From Octopus vulgaris (taxonomy: Eukaryota): a stretch of 64,000 nucleotides of DNA. Of the stretch, positions 27,601-40,389 are shown piece after piece. The notes under the pieces were generated by a model that made no database searches, was not told the DNA's origin, and saw only the letters and a program-made list of their open reading frames with translations. Where the stretch lies: NCBI GenBank assembly GCA_951406725.2, contig OX597814.1:6014001-6078000 (forward strand). Direction: 5' to 3'. The translations under genes and the position numbers were made by a program. Position 1 is the first letter of the stretch, and every line of letters begins with the position of its first letter.

Positions 27601-30600
27601 CTCATTTTGGTCATTCTCTGGTCATTACTCTCATTTTGGTCATTCTCTGGTCATTACTCTCATTTTGGTCATTCTCTGGTCATTACTCTCATTTGGTCAT
27701 TCTCTGGTCATTACTCTCATTTGGCATTCTCTGGTCATTACTCTCATTTTGGTCATTCTCTGGTCATTACTCTCATTTTGGTCATTCTCTGGTCATTACT
27801 CTCATTTTGGTCATTCTCTGGTCATTACTCTCATTTGGTCATTCTCTGGTCATTACTCTCATTTTGGTCATTCTCTGGTCATTACTCTCATTTTGGTCAT
27901 TCTCTGGTCATTACTCTCATTTTGGTCATTCTCTGGTCATTACTCTCATTTTGGTCATTCTCTGGTCATTACTCTCATTTTGGTCATTCTCTGGTCATTA
28001 CTCTCATTTTGGTCATTCTCTGGTCATTACTCTCATTTTGGTCATTCTCTGGTCATTACTCTCATTTTGGTCATTCTCTGGTCATTACTCTCATTTTGGT
28101 CATTCTCTGGTCATTACTCTCATTTTGGTTATTCTCTGGTCATTACTCTCATTTTGGTCATTCTCTGGTCATTACTCTCATTTTGGTCATTCTCTGGTCA
28201 TTACTCTCATTTTGGTCATTCTCTGGTCATTACTCTCATTTTGGTCATTCTCTGGTCATTACTCTCATTTTGGTCATTCTCTGGTCATTACTCTCATTTT
28301 GGTCATTCTCTGGTCATTACTCTCATTTTGGTCATTCTCTGGTCATTACTCTCATTTTGGTCATTCTCTGGTCATTACTCTCATTTTGGTCATTCTCTGG
28401 TCATTCTCGTCTCTCATTTTGGTCATTCTTTGGTCATTACTCTCATTTTGGTCATTCTCTGGTCATTACTCTCATTTTGGTCATTCTCTGGTCATTACTC
28501 TCATTTTGGTCATTTCTGGTCTGGTCATTACTCTCATTTTGGTCATTCTCTGGTCATCACTCTCATTTTGGTCATTACTCTCATTTTGGTCATTACTCTC
28601 ATTTTGGTAATTACTCTCATTTTGGTCATTCTCTGGTCATTACTCTCATTTTGGTCATTCTCTGGTCATCACTCTCATTTTGGTCATTCTCTGGTCATTA
28701 CTCTCATTTTGGTCATTCTCTGGTCATTACTCTCATTTTGGTCATTACTCTGGTCATTACTCTCTCTCATTTTGGTCATTCTCTGGTCATTACTCTCATT
28801 TTGGTTCATTCTCTATTGGTCATTACTCTCATTTTGGTCATTCTCTGGTCATTACTCTCATTTTGGTCATTCTCTGGTCATTACTCTCATTTTGGTCATT
28901 CTCTGGTCATTACTCTCATTTTGGTCATTACTCTATTTGGTCATTCTCTCTGGTCATTACTCTCATTTTGGTCATTCTCTGGTCATTACTCTCATTTTGG
29001 TCATTCTCTGGTCATTACTCTCATTTTGGTCATTCTCTGGTCATTACTCTCATTTTGGTCATTCTCTGGTCATTACTCTCATTTTGGTCATTCTCTGGTC
29101 ATTACTCTCATTTTGGTCATTCTCTGGTCATTACTCTCATTTTGGTCATTCTCTGGTCATTACTCTCATTTTGGTCATTCTCTGGTCATTACTCTCATTT
29201 TGGTCATTCTCTGGTCATTACTCTCATTTTGGTCATTCTCTGGTCATTCTCTGGTCTCATTTTGGTCATTCTCTGGTCATTACTCTCATTTTGGTCATTC
29301 TCTGGTCATCACTCTCATTTTGGTCATTCTCTGGTCATTACTCTCATTTTGGTCATTTTCTGGTCATTACTCTCATTTTGGTCATTCTCTGGTCATTACT
29401 CTCATTTTGGTCATTCTCTGGACATTACTCTCATTTTGGTCATTCTCTGGTCATTACTCTCATTTTGGTCATTCTCTGGTCATCACTCTCATTTTGGTCA
29501 TTCTCTGGTCATTACTCTCATTTTGGTCATTCTCTGGTCATTACTCTCATTTTGGTCATTCTCTGGTCATTACTCTCATTTTGGTCATTTTCTGGTCATT
29601 ACTCTCATTTTGGTCATTCTCTGGTCATTACTCTCATTTTGGTCGTTCTCTGGTCATCACTCTCATTTTGGTCATTCTCTGGTCATTACTCTCATTTTGG
29701 TCATTCTCTGGTCATTACTCTCATTTTGGTCATTCTCTGGTCATTACTCTCATTTTGGTCATTCTCTGGTCATTACTCTCATTTTGGTCATTCTCTGGTC
29801 ATTACTCTCATTTTGGTCATTCTCTGGTCATTACTCTCATTTTGGTCATTCTCTGGTCATTACTCTCATTTTGGTCATTCTCTGGTCATTACTCTCATTT
29901 TGGTCATTCTCTGGTCATCTCTCATTTGTCTCTCTGGTCATTACTCTCATTTTGGTCATTCTCTGGTCATTACTCTCATTTTGGTCATTCTCTGGTCATT
30001 ACTCTCATTTTGGTCATTCTCTGGTCATTACTCTCATTTTGGTCATTCTCTGGTCATTACTCTCATTTTGGTCATTCTCTGGTCATTACTCTCATTTTGG
30101 TCATTCTCTGGTCATTACTCTCATTTTGGTCATTCTCTGGTCATTACTCTCATTTTGGTCATTCTCTGGTCATTACTCTCATTTTGGTCATTCTCTGGTC
30201 ATTACTCTCATTTTGGTCATTCTCTGGTCATCACTCTCATTTTGGTCATTCTCTGGTCATTACTCTCATTTTGGTCATTCTCTGGTCATTACTCTCATTT
30301 TGGTCATTCTCTGGTCATTACTCTCATTTTGGTCATTCTCTGGTCATTACTCTCATTTTGGTCATTCTCTGGTCATTACTCTCATTTTGGTCATTCTCTG
30401 GTCATTACTCTCATTTTGGTCATTCTCTGGTCATTACTCTCATTTTGGTCATTCTCTGGTCATTACTCTCATTTTGGTCATTCTCTGGTCATAACTCTCA
30501 TTTTGGTCATTCTCTTGTCATTACTCTCATTTTGGTCATTCTCTGGTCATTACTCTCATTTTGGTCATTCTCTGGTCATTACTCTCATTTTGGTCATTCT

Positions 30601-33600
30601 CTGGTCATTACTCTCATTTTGGTCATTCTCTGGTCATTACTCTCATTTTGGTCATTCATCTGGTCATTACTCTCATTTTGGTCATTCTCTGGTCATCACT
30701 CTCATTTTGGTCATTCTCTGGTCATCACTCTCTCATTTTGGTCATTCTCTGGTCATCACTCTCATTTTGGTCATTCTCTGGTCATTACTCTCATTTTGGT
30801 CATTCTCTGGTCATCACTCTCATTTTGGTCATTTTCTGGTCATTACTCTCATTTTGGTCATTCTCTGGTCATTACTCTCATTTTGGTCATTCTCTGGTCA
30901 TTACTCTCATTTTGGTCATTCTCTGGTCATTACTCTCATTTTGGTCATTCTCTGGTCATTACTCTCATTTTGGTCATTCTTTGGTCATTCTCTGGTCATT
31001 ACTCTGGTCATTACTCTATTTTGGTCATTCTCTGGTCATTACTCTCATTTTGGTCATTCTCTGGTCATTACTCTCATTTTGGTCATTCTCTGGTCATTAC
31101 TCTCATTTTGGTCATTCTCTGGTCATTACTCTCATTTTGGTCATTCTCTGGTCATTACTCTCATTTTGGTCATTCTCTGGTCATTACTCTCATTTTGGTC
31201 ATTCTCTGGTCATTACTCTCATTTTGGTCATTCTCTGGTCATTACTCTCATTTTGGTCATTCTCTGGTCATTACTCTCATTTTGGTCATTCTCTGGTCAT
31301 TACTCTCATTTGGTCATTCTCTGGTCATTACTCTCATTTTGGTCATTCTCTGGTCATCACTCTCATTTTGGTCATTACTCTCATTTTGGTCATTACTCTC
31401 ATTTTGGTCATTCTCTTGTCATTACTCTCATTTTGGTCATTCTCTGGTCATCACTCTCATTTTGGTCATTCTCTGGTCATCACTCTCATTTTGGTCATTC
31501 TCTGGTCATTACTCTCATATTGGTCTCTTCTCTGGTCATTACTCTCATTTTGGTCATTCTCTTGGTCATTACTATCATTTTGGTCATTCTCTGGTCATCA
31601 CTCTCATTTTGGTCATTCTCTTGTCATTACTCTCATTTTGTCATTCTCTGGTCATTACTCTCATTTTGGTCATTCTCTGGTCATTACTCTCATTTTGGTC
31701 ATTCTCTGGTCATTACTCTCATTTTGGTCATTCTCTGGTCATTACTCTCATTTTGGTCATTCTCTGGTCATTACTCTCATTTTGGTCATTCTCTGGTCAT
31801 TACTCTCATTTTGGTCATTCTCTGGTCATTACTCTCATTTTGGTCATTCTCTGGTCATCACTCTCATTTTGGTCATTCTCTGGTCATCACTCTCATTTTG
31901 GTCATTCTCTGGTCATTACTCTCATTTTGGTCATTCTCTGGTCATTACTCTCATTTTGGTCATTCTCTGGTCATTACTCTCATTTTGGTCATTCTCTGGT
32001 CATTACTCTCATTTTGGTCATTCTCTGGTCATTACTCTCATTTTGGTCATTCTCTGGTCATTACTCTCATTTTGGTCATTCTCTGGTCATTACTCTCATT
32101 TTGGTCATTCTCTGGTCATTACTCTCATTTTGGTCATTCTCTGGTCATTACTCTCATTTTGGTCATTCTCTGGTCATTACTCTCATTTTGGTCATTCTCT
32201 GGTCATTACTCTCATTTTGGTCATTCTCTGGTCATTATTCTCTCATTTTGGTCATTCTCTGGTCATTACTCTCATTTTGGTCATTCTCTGGTCATTACTC
32301 TCATTTTGGTCATTCTCTGGTCATTACTCTCATTTTGGTCATTCTCTGGTCATTACTCTCATTTTGGTAATTCTCTGGTCATTACTCTCATTTTGGTCAT
32401 TCTCTGGTCATCTCTTTCATTTTGGTCATTACTCTCATTTTGGTCATTCTTTGGTCATTACTCTCATTTTGGTCATTCTCTGGTCATTACTCTCATTTTG
32501 GTCATTCTCTGGTCATTACTCTCATTTTGGTCATTCTCTGGTCATTACTCTCATTTTGGTCATTCTCTGGTCATTACTCTCATTTTGGTCATTCTCTGGT
32601 CATTACTCTCATTTTGGTCATTCTCTGGTCATTACTCTCATTTTGGTCATTACTCTCATTTTGGTCATTACTCTCATTTTGGTCATTCTCTGGTCATTAC
32701 TCTCATTTTGGTCATTCTCTGGTCATTACTCTCATTTTGGTCATTCTCTGGTCATTACTCTCATTTTGGTCATTCTCTGGTCATTACTCTCATTTTGGTC
32801 ATTCTTGGTCATTACTCTCATTTTGGTCATTCTCTGGTCATTACTCTCATTTTGGTCATTCTCTGGTCATTACTCTCATTTTGGTCATTCTCTGGTCATT
32901 ACTCTCATTTTGGTCATTCTCTGGTCATTACTCTCATTTTGGTCATTCTCTGGTCATTACTCTCATTTTGGTCATTCTCTGGTCATTACTCTCATTTTGG
33001 TCATTCTCTGGTCATTACTCTCATTTTGGTCATTCTCTGGTCATCACTCTCATTTTGGTAATTCTCTGGTCATTACTCTCATTTTGGTCATTCTCTGGTC
33101 ATTACTCTCATTTTGGTCATTCTCTGGTCATTACTCTCATTTTGGTCATTCTCTGGTCATTACTCTCATTTTGGTCATTCTCTGGTCATTACTCTCATTT
33201 TGGTCATTCTCTGGTCATTACTCTCATTTTGGTCATTCTCTGGTCATTACTCTCATTTTGGTCATTCTCTGGTCATCATTTTGGTCATTCTCTGGTCATT
33301 ACTCTCATTTTGGTCATTCTCTGGTCATTACTCTCACTTTGGTCATTTTGGTCATTACTCATTTTGGTCATTATTACTCTCATTTTGGTCATTCTCTGGT
33401 CATTACTCTATTTTGGTCATTCTCTGGTCATTACTCTCATTTTGGTCATTCTCTGGTCATCACTCTCATATTGGTCATTCTCTGGTCATTACTCTCATTT
33501 TGGTCATTCTCTGGTCATTACTCTCATTTTGGTCATTCTCTGGTCATTACTCTCATTTTGGTCATTCTCTGGTCATTACTCTCATTCTCTGGTCATTCTC

Positions 33601-36600
33601 TCATTGGTCATCACTCTCATTTTGGTCATTCTCTGGTCATTACTCTCATTTTGGTCATTCTCTGGTCATTACTCTCATTTTGGTCATTCTCTGGTCATTA
33701 CTCTCATTTTGGTCACTCTCATTCATTACTCTCATTTTGGTCATTCTCTGGTCATTACTCTCATTTTGGTCATTCTCTGGTCATTACTCTCATTTTGGTC
33801 ATTTTCTGGTCATTACTCTCATTTGGTCATTCTCTGGTCATTCTCATTTGGTCATTACTCTCATTTTGGTCATTCTCTGGTCATTACTCTCATTTTGGTC
33901 ATTCTCTGGTCATTACTCTCATTTTGGTCATTTTGGTCATTCTCTCATTTTGGTCATTCTCTGGTCACTCTCATTTTGGTCATTCTCTTACTCTCATTTT
34001 GGTCATTCTCTGGTCATTACTCTCATTTTGGTCATTCTCTGGTCATTACTCTCATTTTGGTCATTCTCTGGTCATTACTCTCATTTTGGTCATTCTCTGG
34101 TCATTACTCTCATTTTGGTCATTCTCTGGTCATTACTCTCATTTTGGTTATTCTCTGGTCATTACTCTCATTTTGGTTATTTTCTGGTCATTACTCTCAT
34201 TTTGGTCATTCTCTGGTCATTACTCTCATTTTGGTCATTCTCTGGTCATTACTCTCATTTTGGTCATTCTCTGGTCATTACTCTCATTTTGGTCATTCTC
34301 TGGTCATTACTCTCATTTTGGTCATTCTCTGGTCATTACTCTCATTTTGGTCATTCTCTGGTCATTACTCTCATTTTGGTCATTCTCTGGTCATTACTCT
34401 CATTTTGGTCATTCTCTGGTCATTACTCTCATTTTGGTTATTCTCTGGTCATTACTCTCATTTTGGTCATTCTCTGGTCATTACTCTTATTTTGGTCATT
34501 CTCTGGTCATTACTCTCATTTTGGTCATTCTCTGGTCATTACTCTCATTTTGGTCATTCTCTGGTCATTACTCTCATTTTGGTCATTCTCTGGTCATTAC
34601 TCTCATTTTGGTCATTCTCTGGTCATTCACTCTCATTTTGGTCATTCTCTGGTCATTACTCTCATTTTGGTCATTCTCTGGTCATTACTCTCATTTTGGT
34701 CATTTTCTGGTCATTACTCTCATTTTGGTCATTCTCTGGTCATCACTCTCATTTTGGTCATAACCCTCATTTTGGTCATTCTCTGGTCATTACTCTCATT
34801 TTGGTCATTCTCTGGTCATTACTCTCATTTTGGTCATTCTCTGGTCATTAGTCTCATTTTGGTCATTCTCTGGTCATTACTCTCATTTTGGTCATTCTCT
34901 GGTCATTACTCTCATTTTGGTCATTTTCTGGTCATTACTCTCATTTTGGTCATTCTCTGGTCATCACTCTCATTTTGGTCATTACTCTCATTTTGGTCAT
35001 TCTCTGGTCATTACTCTCATTTTGGTCATTCTCTGGTCATTACTCTCATTTTGGTCATTCTCTGGTCATTACTCTCATTTTGGTCATTCTCTGGTCATCA
35101 CTCTCATTTTGGTCATTACTCTCATTTTGGTCATTCTCTGGTCATTACTCTCATTTTGGTCATTCTCTGGTCATTACTCTCATTTTGGTCATTCTCTGGT
35201 CATTACTCTCATTTTGGTCATTCTCTGGTCATTACTCTCATTTTGGTCATTCTCTGGTCATTACTCTCATTTTGGTCATTCTCTGGTCATTACTCTCATT
35301 TTGGTCATTTTCTGGTCATTACTCTCATTTTGGTCATTCTCTGGTCATTACTCTCATTTTGGTCATTCTCTGGTCATTACTCTCATTTTGGTCATTCTCT
35401 GGTCATTACTCTAATTTTGGTCATTCTCTTGTCATTACTCTCATTTTGTCATTCTCTGGTCATTACTCTGATATTGGTCATTCTCTGGTCATTACTCTCA
35501 TTTTGGTCATTCTCTGGTCATCACTCTCATTTTGTCATTCTCTGGTCATTACTCTCATTTTGGTCATTCTCTGGTCATTACTCTCATTTTGGTCATTCTC
35601 TGGTCATTACTCTCATTTTGGTCATTCTCTGGTCATTACTCTCATTTTGGTCATTCTCTGGTCATTACTCTCATTTTGGTCATTCTCTGGTCATTAATCT
35701 CATTTTGGTCATTCTCTGGTCATTACTCTCATTTTGGTCATTCTCTGGTCATTACTCTCATTTTGGTCATTCTCTGGTCATCACTCTCATTTTGGTCATT
35801 CTCTGGTCATTACTATCATTTTGGTCATTCTCTGGTCATTACTCTCATTTTGGTCATTCTCTGGTCATTACTCTCATTTTGGTCATTCTCTGGTCATTAC
35901 TCTCATTTTGGTCATTCTCTGGTCATTACTCTCATTTTGGTCATTCTCTGGTCATCACTCTCATTTTGGTCATTCTCTGGTCATTACTCTCATTTTGGTC
36001 ATTCTCTGGTCATTACTCTCATTTTGGTCATTCTCTGGTCATTACTCTCATTTTGGTCATTCTCTGGTCATTACTCTCATTTTGGTCATTCTCTGGTCAT
36101 TACTCTCATTTTGGTCATTTTCTGGTCATTACTCTCATTTTGGTCATTCTCTGGTCATTACTCTCATTTTCGTCATTTTCCAGTCATTACTCTCATTTTG
36201 GTCATTCTCTGGTCATCACTCTCATTTTGGTCATTCTCTGGTCATCACTCTGATTTTGGTCATTCTCTGGTCATTACTCTCATTTTGGTCATTCTCTGGT
36301 CATCACTCTCATTTTGGTCATTCTCTGGTCATTACTCTCATTTTGGTCATTCTCTGGTCATCACTCTCATTTTGGTCATAACCCTCATTTTGGTCATTCT
36401 CTGGTCATTACTCTCATTTTGGTCATTCTCTGGTCATTACTCTCATTTTGGTCATTCTCTGGTCATTACTCTCATTTTGGTCATTCTCTGGTCATTACTC
36501 TGATATTGGTCATTCTCTGGTCATTACTCTCATTTTGGTCATTCTCTGGTCATTACTCTCATTTTGGTCATTCTCTGGTCATTACTCTCATATTGGTCAT

Positions 36601-36910
36601 TCTCTGGTCATTACTCTCATTTTGGTCATTCTCTGGTCATTACTCTCATTTTGGTCATTCTCTGGTCATTCTCTCATTTTGGTCATTCTCTGGTCATTAC
36701 TCTCATTTTGGTCATTCTCTGTCATTACTCTCATTTGGTCATTCTCTGGTCATCACTCTCATTTTGGTCATTCTCTGGTCATTACTCTTATTTTGGTCAT
36801 TCTCTGGTCATCACTCTCATTTTGGTCCTTCTCTTGTCATCACTCTTATTCTGGTCATTCTCTGGTCATTACTCTCATTTTGGTCATTCTCTGGTCATTA
36901 CTATCACTTG
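15688..36910. repeat. 29-bp satellite array, ~21.2 kb, ~730 units
   Basis: Tandem GGTCATTCTCT+GGTCATTACTCTCATTTT, with the common variant CATCAC for CATTAC and frequent loss of the 11-bp subunit. Confidence 0.99.
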
Positions 36911-37490
36911 ATCTTTCATATTTCCATTTAAGACGTCCTCTGCATCTTAAAGCTTCTTGCTTAAATATTTTATAGAATAACCATTCTTTTGCTTCTTAGC
37001 TAATGACTTAATTTTAATTTCATAATTGGTCTCATAATATCAAGTCGTAACTATAGCGATGGTCTTACAGCTTGATTCTCTACCTTTATTTCGAATCTTA
37101 TCTCGATCTTCTCTTGAAATTTTTGCTTATTACTATTAATGGTATTTTCAAGAATATAATAGTAAACTGTCACCTCTCTGATTTCGATTTGGTCGGCATA
37201 AACCGAAAGAACCATGTCGTGTGTGTGTGCGTCTTCATCTTGGTTGTAAAGGAGCATCACCATCATACAAGCGATGTTGCTTGTTTCTGGTCTCCTGTGA
37301 AAAAGATGTGTTGGCCACAGGAAAGGCATCCAGCCATAGAAAATCTGGTTCAACAAGTTCTGTCTTGCAAACATGGAAAAGAAGATGTGAAATAATGATG
37401 ATAATAATTACAATGATGATGACGATGATGAAGAGGAGGATGAAAGCCACAACTTGTCCTTTTTAAACGATGCTTCACTTCCACATAATT

Positions 37491-37880
37491 GGATGGATGG
37501 AAGCACTCCGTCAGTTCCGACGACGAGGGTTCCGGTTGATCCGAATCAACGGAACAGCCTGTTCGTGAAATTAATGTGTAAGTGGGTGAGCACCCCACAG
37601 ACACGTGTACCCTTAACGTAGTTCTCGGGGATATTCAGCGTGACACAGAGAGTGACAAGGCCGGTCCTTTGAAATACAGGTACAACAGAAACAGGAAGTA
37701 AGAGTGAGAGAAAGTTGTGGTGAAAGAGTACAGCAGGGATCACCACCATCCCCTGCCGGAGCCTCGTGGAGCTTTAGGTGTTTTCGCTCAATAAACACTC
37801 ACAATGCCCGGTCTGGGAATCGAAACCGCGATCCTATGACCGTGAGTCCACTGCCCTAACCACTGGGCCATTGCGCCTCC
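37491..37880 (-). mobile_element. Full-length tRNA-derived SINE with TSD
   Basis: Head GGAGGCGCAATGGCCCAGTGG..GGTTTCGATTCCC (A and B boxes), CCAT-repeat tail; CCACATAATT on both flanks. Confidence 0.85.
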
Positions 37881-38070
37881 ACATAATTAACATAAGTCAA
37901 TTAACAAGTTTGTTATTTCTGTAATGTTCTTTGATTAAATCTCACATAGAAATTATAATTATTTTGAAATCTTCCTCTACATGTTTTATGCAAACGAAAA
38001 AAAAACGAAAAAGGAAGAAATGAGCTTTTTTAATAAAAGAGGAAACTATTGAAATTGTCAATAAAACCGT

Positions 38071-38076
38071 TTTATT
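38071..38076 (-). promoter_or_regulatory. Probable polyadenylation signal of gene 2
   Basis: AATAAA on the minus strand about 40 nt after the TAA stop. Confidence 0.55.
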
Positions 38077-38115
38077 AGCTTCGAGGCAAAACAGGGAAAA
38101 GCAAAATGAACAGCT

Positions 38116-38226
38116 TTATGTGGAAGATGTATGGAGATTTGTGGAACATAACCTTGGCAGGAATATAACATCATCGACTGCAATATCAGTGGAAGAACTG
38201 TTACCAATTCTACCTTCAAACTCAAT
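38116..38226 (-). CDS. Gene 2, terminal coding exon (absent from the ORF track)
   Basis: Read manually: long pyrimidine tract, caaatag| IEFEGRIGNSSSTDIAVDDVIFLPRLCSTNLHTSST*. Confidence 0.92.
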   Translation of the reverse strand: MEFEGRIGNSSSTDIAVDDVIFLPRLCSTNLHTSST

Positions 38227-38449
38227 CTATTTGAAAAGGAAGAAGAAAAATCAAAGAAAAATATTAGATTTCATAAAATATCACAAGGAAATAAAGACAA
38301 ATTCTCAAATATAAACCATGTTAGGGAAATAATATATTCTCTCAACACATGTTGTGAAAATATATTTTGGTAAATTATGGATGAATTGAGTTTGGAACAA
38401 AATTTTGCTGATTTTGCCTGAAGTTTTCCAATTTACATTTTCTATTTAA

Positions 38450-38848
38450 TCTTTATATATAAAAGTGAAGTTGTGTGTGTGTCTGTCTCCTACGATTTAG
38501 ATTCCTATCTACTCCCACATTTTGCGGTGCAGTTAACCAAAACCGGGTATCTTATAGTCGTGATTCATATTGAGCCCTTCTGGGTATTAGCATGAGTCTA
38601 CGATGAGTCTACGATTTAAAAAATAATTTACCATCATTTTTTCCATTTTAATGCATTTTTTCGCTATTATATAAGGGAAGTAACTCTCTAAAAATGTCTA
38701 CGATGAGTCAACGATTTAAAAAAAATTTACCATCATTTATTTTCCATTTTTAATGCATTTTTTTGCTATTTTTTGGCTATGACTCTCTAAAAATGCTTAT
38801 ATAGTTATTTCCCTTACAAATCCGAGCAATGCCGGGCGATACTGCTGG
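38450..38848 (+). mobile_element. Non-autonomous Helitron, copy 3
   Basis: A|TCTTTATATATAAAAG start, hairpin, CTGG|T end; reverse complement of copy 1. Confidence 0.85.
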
Positions 38849-39000
38849 TTCTATATGAAGTTGTTATTGTATGAGTTCAACGTTTATCCTTCCATGTCCA
38901 ATAAAATAAAAGAGGACAAAAGCAAGGTTTAGGCACCGGATTAAGCCCCTCCTCTCAAAATTGCTGGCCCTTGGTCTCAATTTTAAACCTTATTATTATT

Positions 39001-39735
39001 GCAATTCTTTCCAGTTGCGAGGTTGTTCAGGGTCGCAATGTCTCAGCACATTCTTGCAGCTCAAAGACACCAAACTTTCGCCAGCACACGCCGCACAGTC
39101 CCAAGTAGAACCACCAGCTACATACTTCCAATGATGTTTGCTTCTTCCAGCTTCTCCTCATGTTAGCTTCTTGTGTTCTTTGAGATGGTTCCAAGTGCAC
39201 CAATCACAATGGATGTCTCTCTCTCTCTCTCTCTCACTCGTGTTCCTCTTTAAATGCTAAGTCTTCCTTTTGGCTTCCTCATTCTGATCTGCAGGTACCA
39301 CTATGTCAATGAAAAGCCATTCTTTGGTCCCTTTCCTCAGAACAGTGATATCTGGTCAGTTATGTTGTAACTTCTTATCTCTGTAGATTGTTGTGTTCCC
39401 ACTTGAGATTCCCTTAGTCATTCTCTGTGACTGCGGAGGGTTGTTCCTCATACCTATTTCTTTACTACCCACAAGGGGCCAAACAAGGACAGACGAACAG
39501 ATTAAGTTGATTACATCGATCCCAGTGCATAACTGGTACTTAATTTATCGACCCCGAAAGGATGAAAGGCAAAGTCGACCTTGGCAGAATTTGAACTCAG
39601 AACGTAACGGCAGACAAAATACCACAAAGCATTTTGCCCGGCGTGCTAACGGTTCTGCCAGCTCGCCGCCTTATTCCTCATACCACTTGTTGGTACACTC
39701 AGGCATGTACCTCCTACACATCTCCCACTTCACTC
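39001..39735 (-). mobile_element. R4/Dong-like LINE fragment interrupted by a SINE
   Basis: PDITVL..WLFIDIVVPAD and PIVIGALGTI motifs; ends at a short TAA run near 38990. Confidence 0.7.
39455..39673 (-). mobile_element. tRNA-derived SINE, family B, with TSD
   Basis: GGCGAGCTGGCAGAA head, GAGTTCAAATTC B box and central GACTTTGCCTTTCATCCTTTCGGGGTCGAT; flanked by the direct repeat TTCCTCATACC; related copies near 1530-1780, 2645-2785, 5893-6245, 7580-8073, 9505-9670, 42730-42945, 43260-43460 and 52515-52720. Confidence 0.85.
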
Positions 39736-39860
39736 ACTGTGCAACTTTGTCAGGGTTTTTTCTGTATTCCTTCTTGGCCAGTTTTGAACAACTACTGATT
39801 CCATATCTGACCATCTCAAATGAATTCCCACACAGATGTTTCTGATGTTTCTCAATGCAA

Positions 39861-39893
<33 letters not shown>

Positions 39894-40333
39894 TTGATGA
39901 AAACTCACAGCTTATTTTGCTGGGTTTCATAGAAAATCTCAGCTGTTCAGAGCCATCAGATTGACATGACATTTACTGATCATGCTTCTAAGACACTGCA
40001 GCAAACTCTCCTTTTACTATTTTTCTTTTAAGTTAGGTTTTGTTGGAACTTTGGGAGTTTTGCATGTGTTGCAGGCTTGCTGCCCGCACCTACGGTACCA
40101 TGCTGTCTTTTCCTTTTAACCATCTAAAACTTTCCCGATGATTCGAGTTGTGCCAAGGAGGTAAACCTTTCATAAAAGCTCTACTCGGCACTCTGTTCCC
40201 ATTTCCTTTTATATTCCTCTATATTCCTCTTAATACACTCTGATACCGTCTTCAAAGACCCTCAAACCGCCCAACCCATGCCAGCATGGAAAATGGACGT
40301 TAAATGATGATGAGGATAATGATGACGATGATA

Positions 40334-40388
<55 letters not shown>

Positions 40389-40389
<1 letters not shown>

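Noticed and set aside
15777-36253. Giant ORFs of 1000-5447 aa as real protein-coding genes
   Set aside because: They arise from a stop-free 29-bp satellite, are open in all frames, start at TTG and show no domain or splice structure
15700-36900. Minus strand reads as chained mini-ORFs MTKMRVMTRE* overlapping through ATGA
   Set aside because: An automatic result of TCAT in the unit; no evidence of transcription or of such coupling in this host
15688-36910. CRISPR array (29-bp repeats)
   Set aside because: Units are contiguous with no unique spacers, there are no cas genes, and the context is eukaryotic
37800-37880. tRNA gene
   Set aside because: The A and B boxes belong to a TSD-flanked SINE head; no complete cloverleaf
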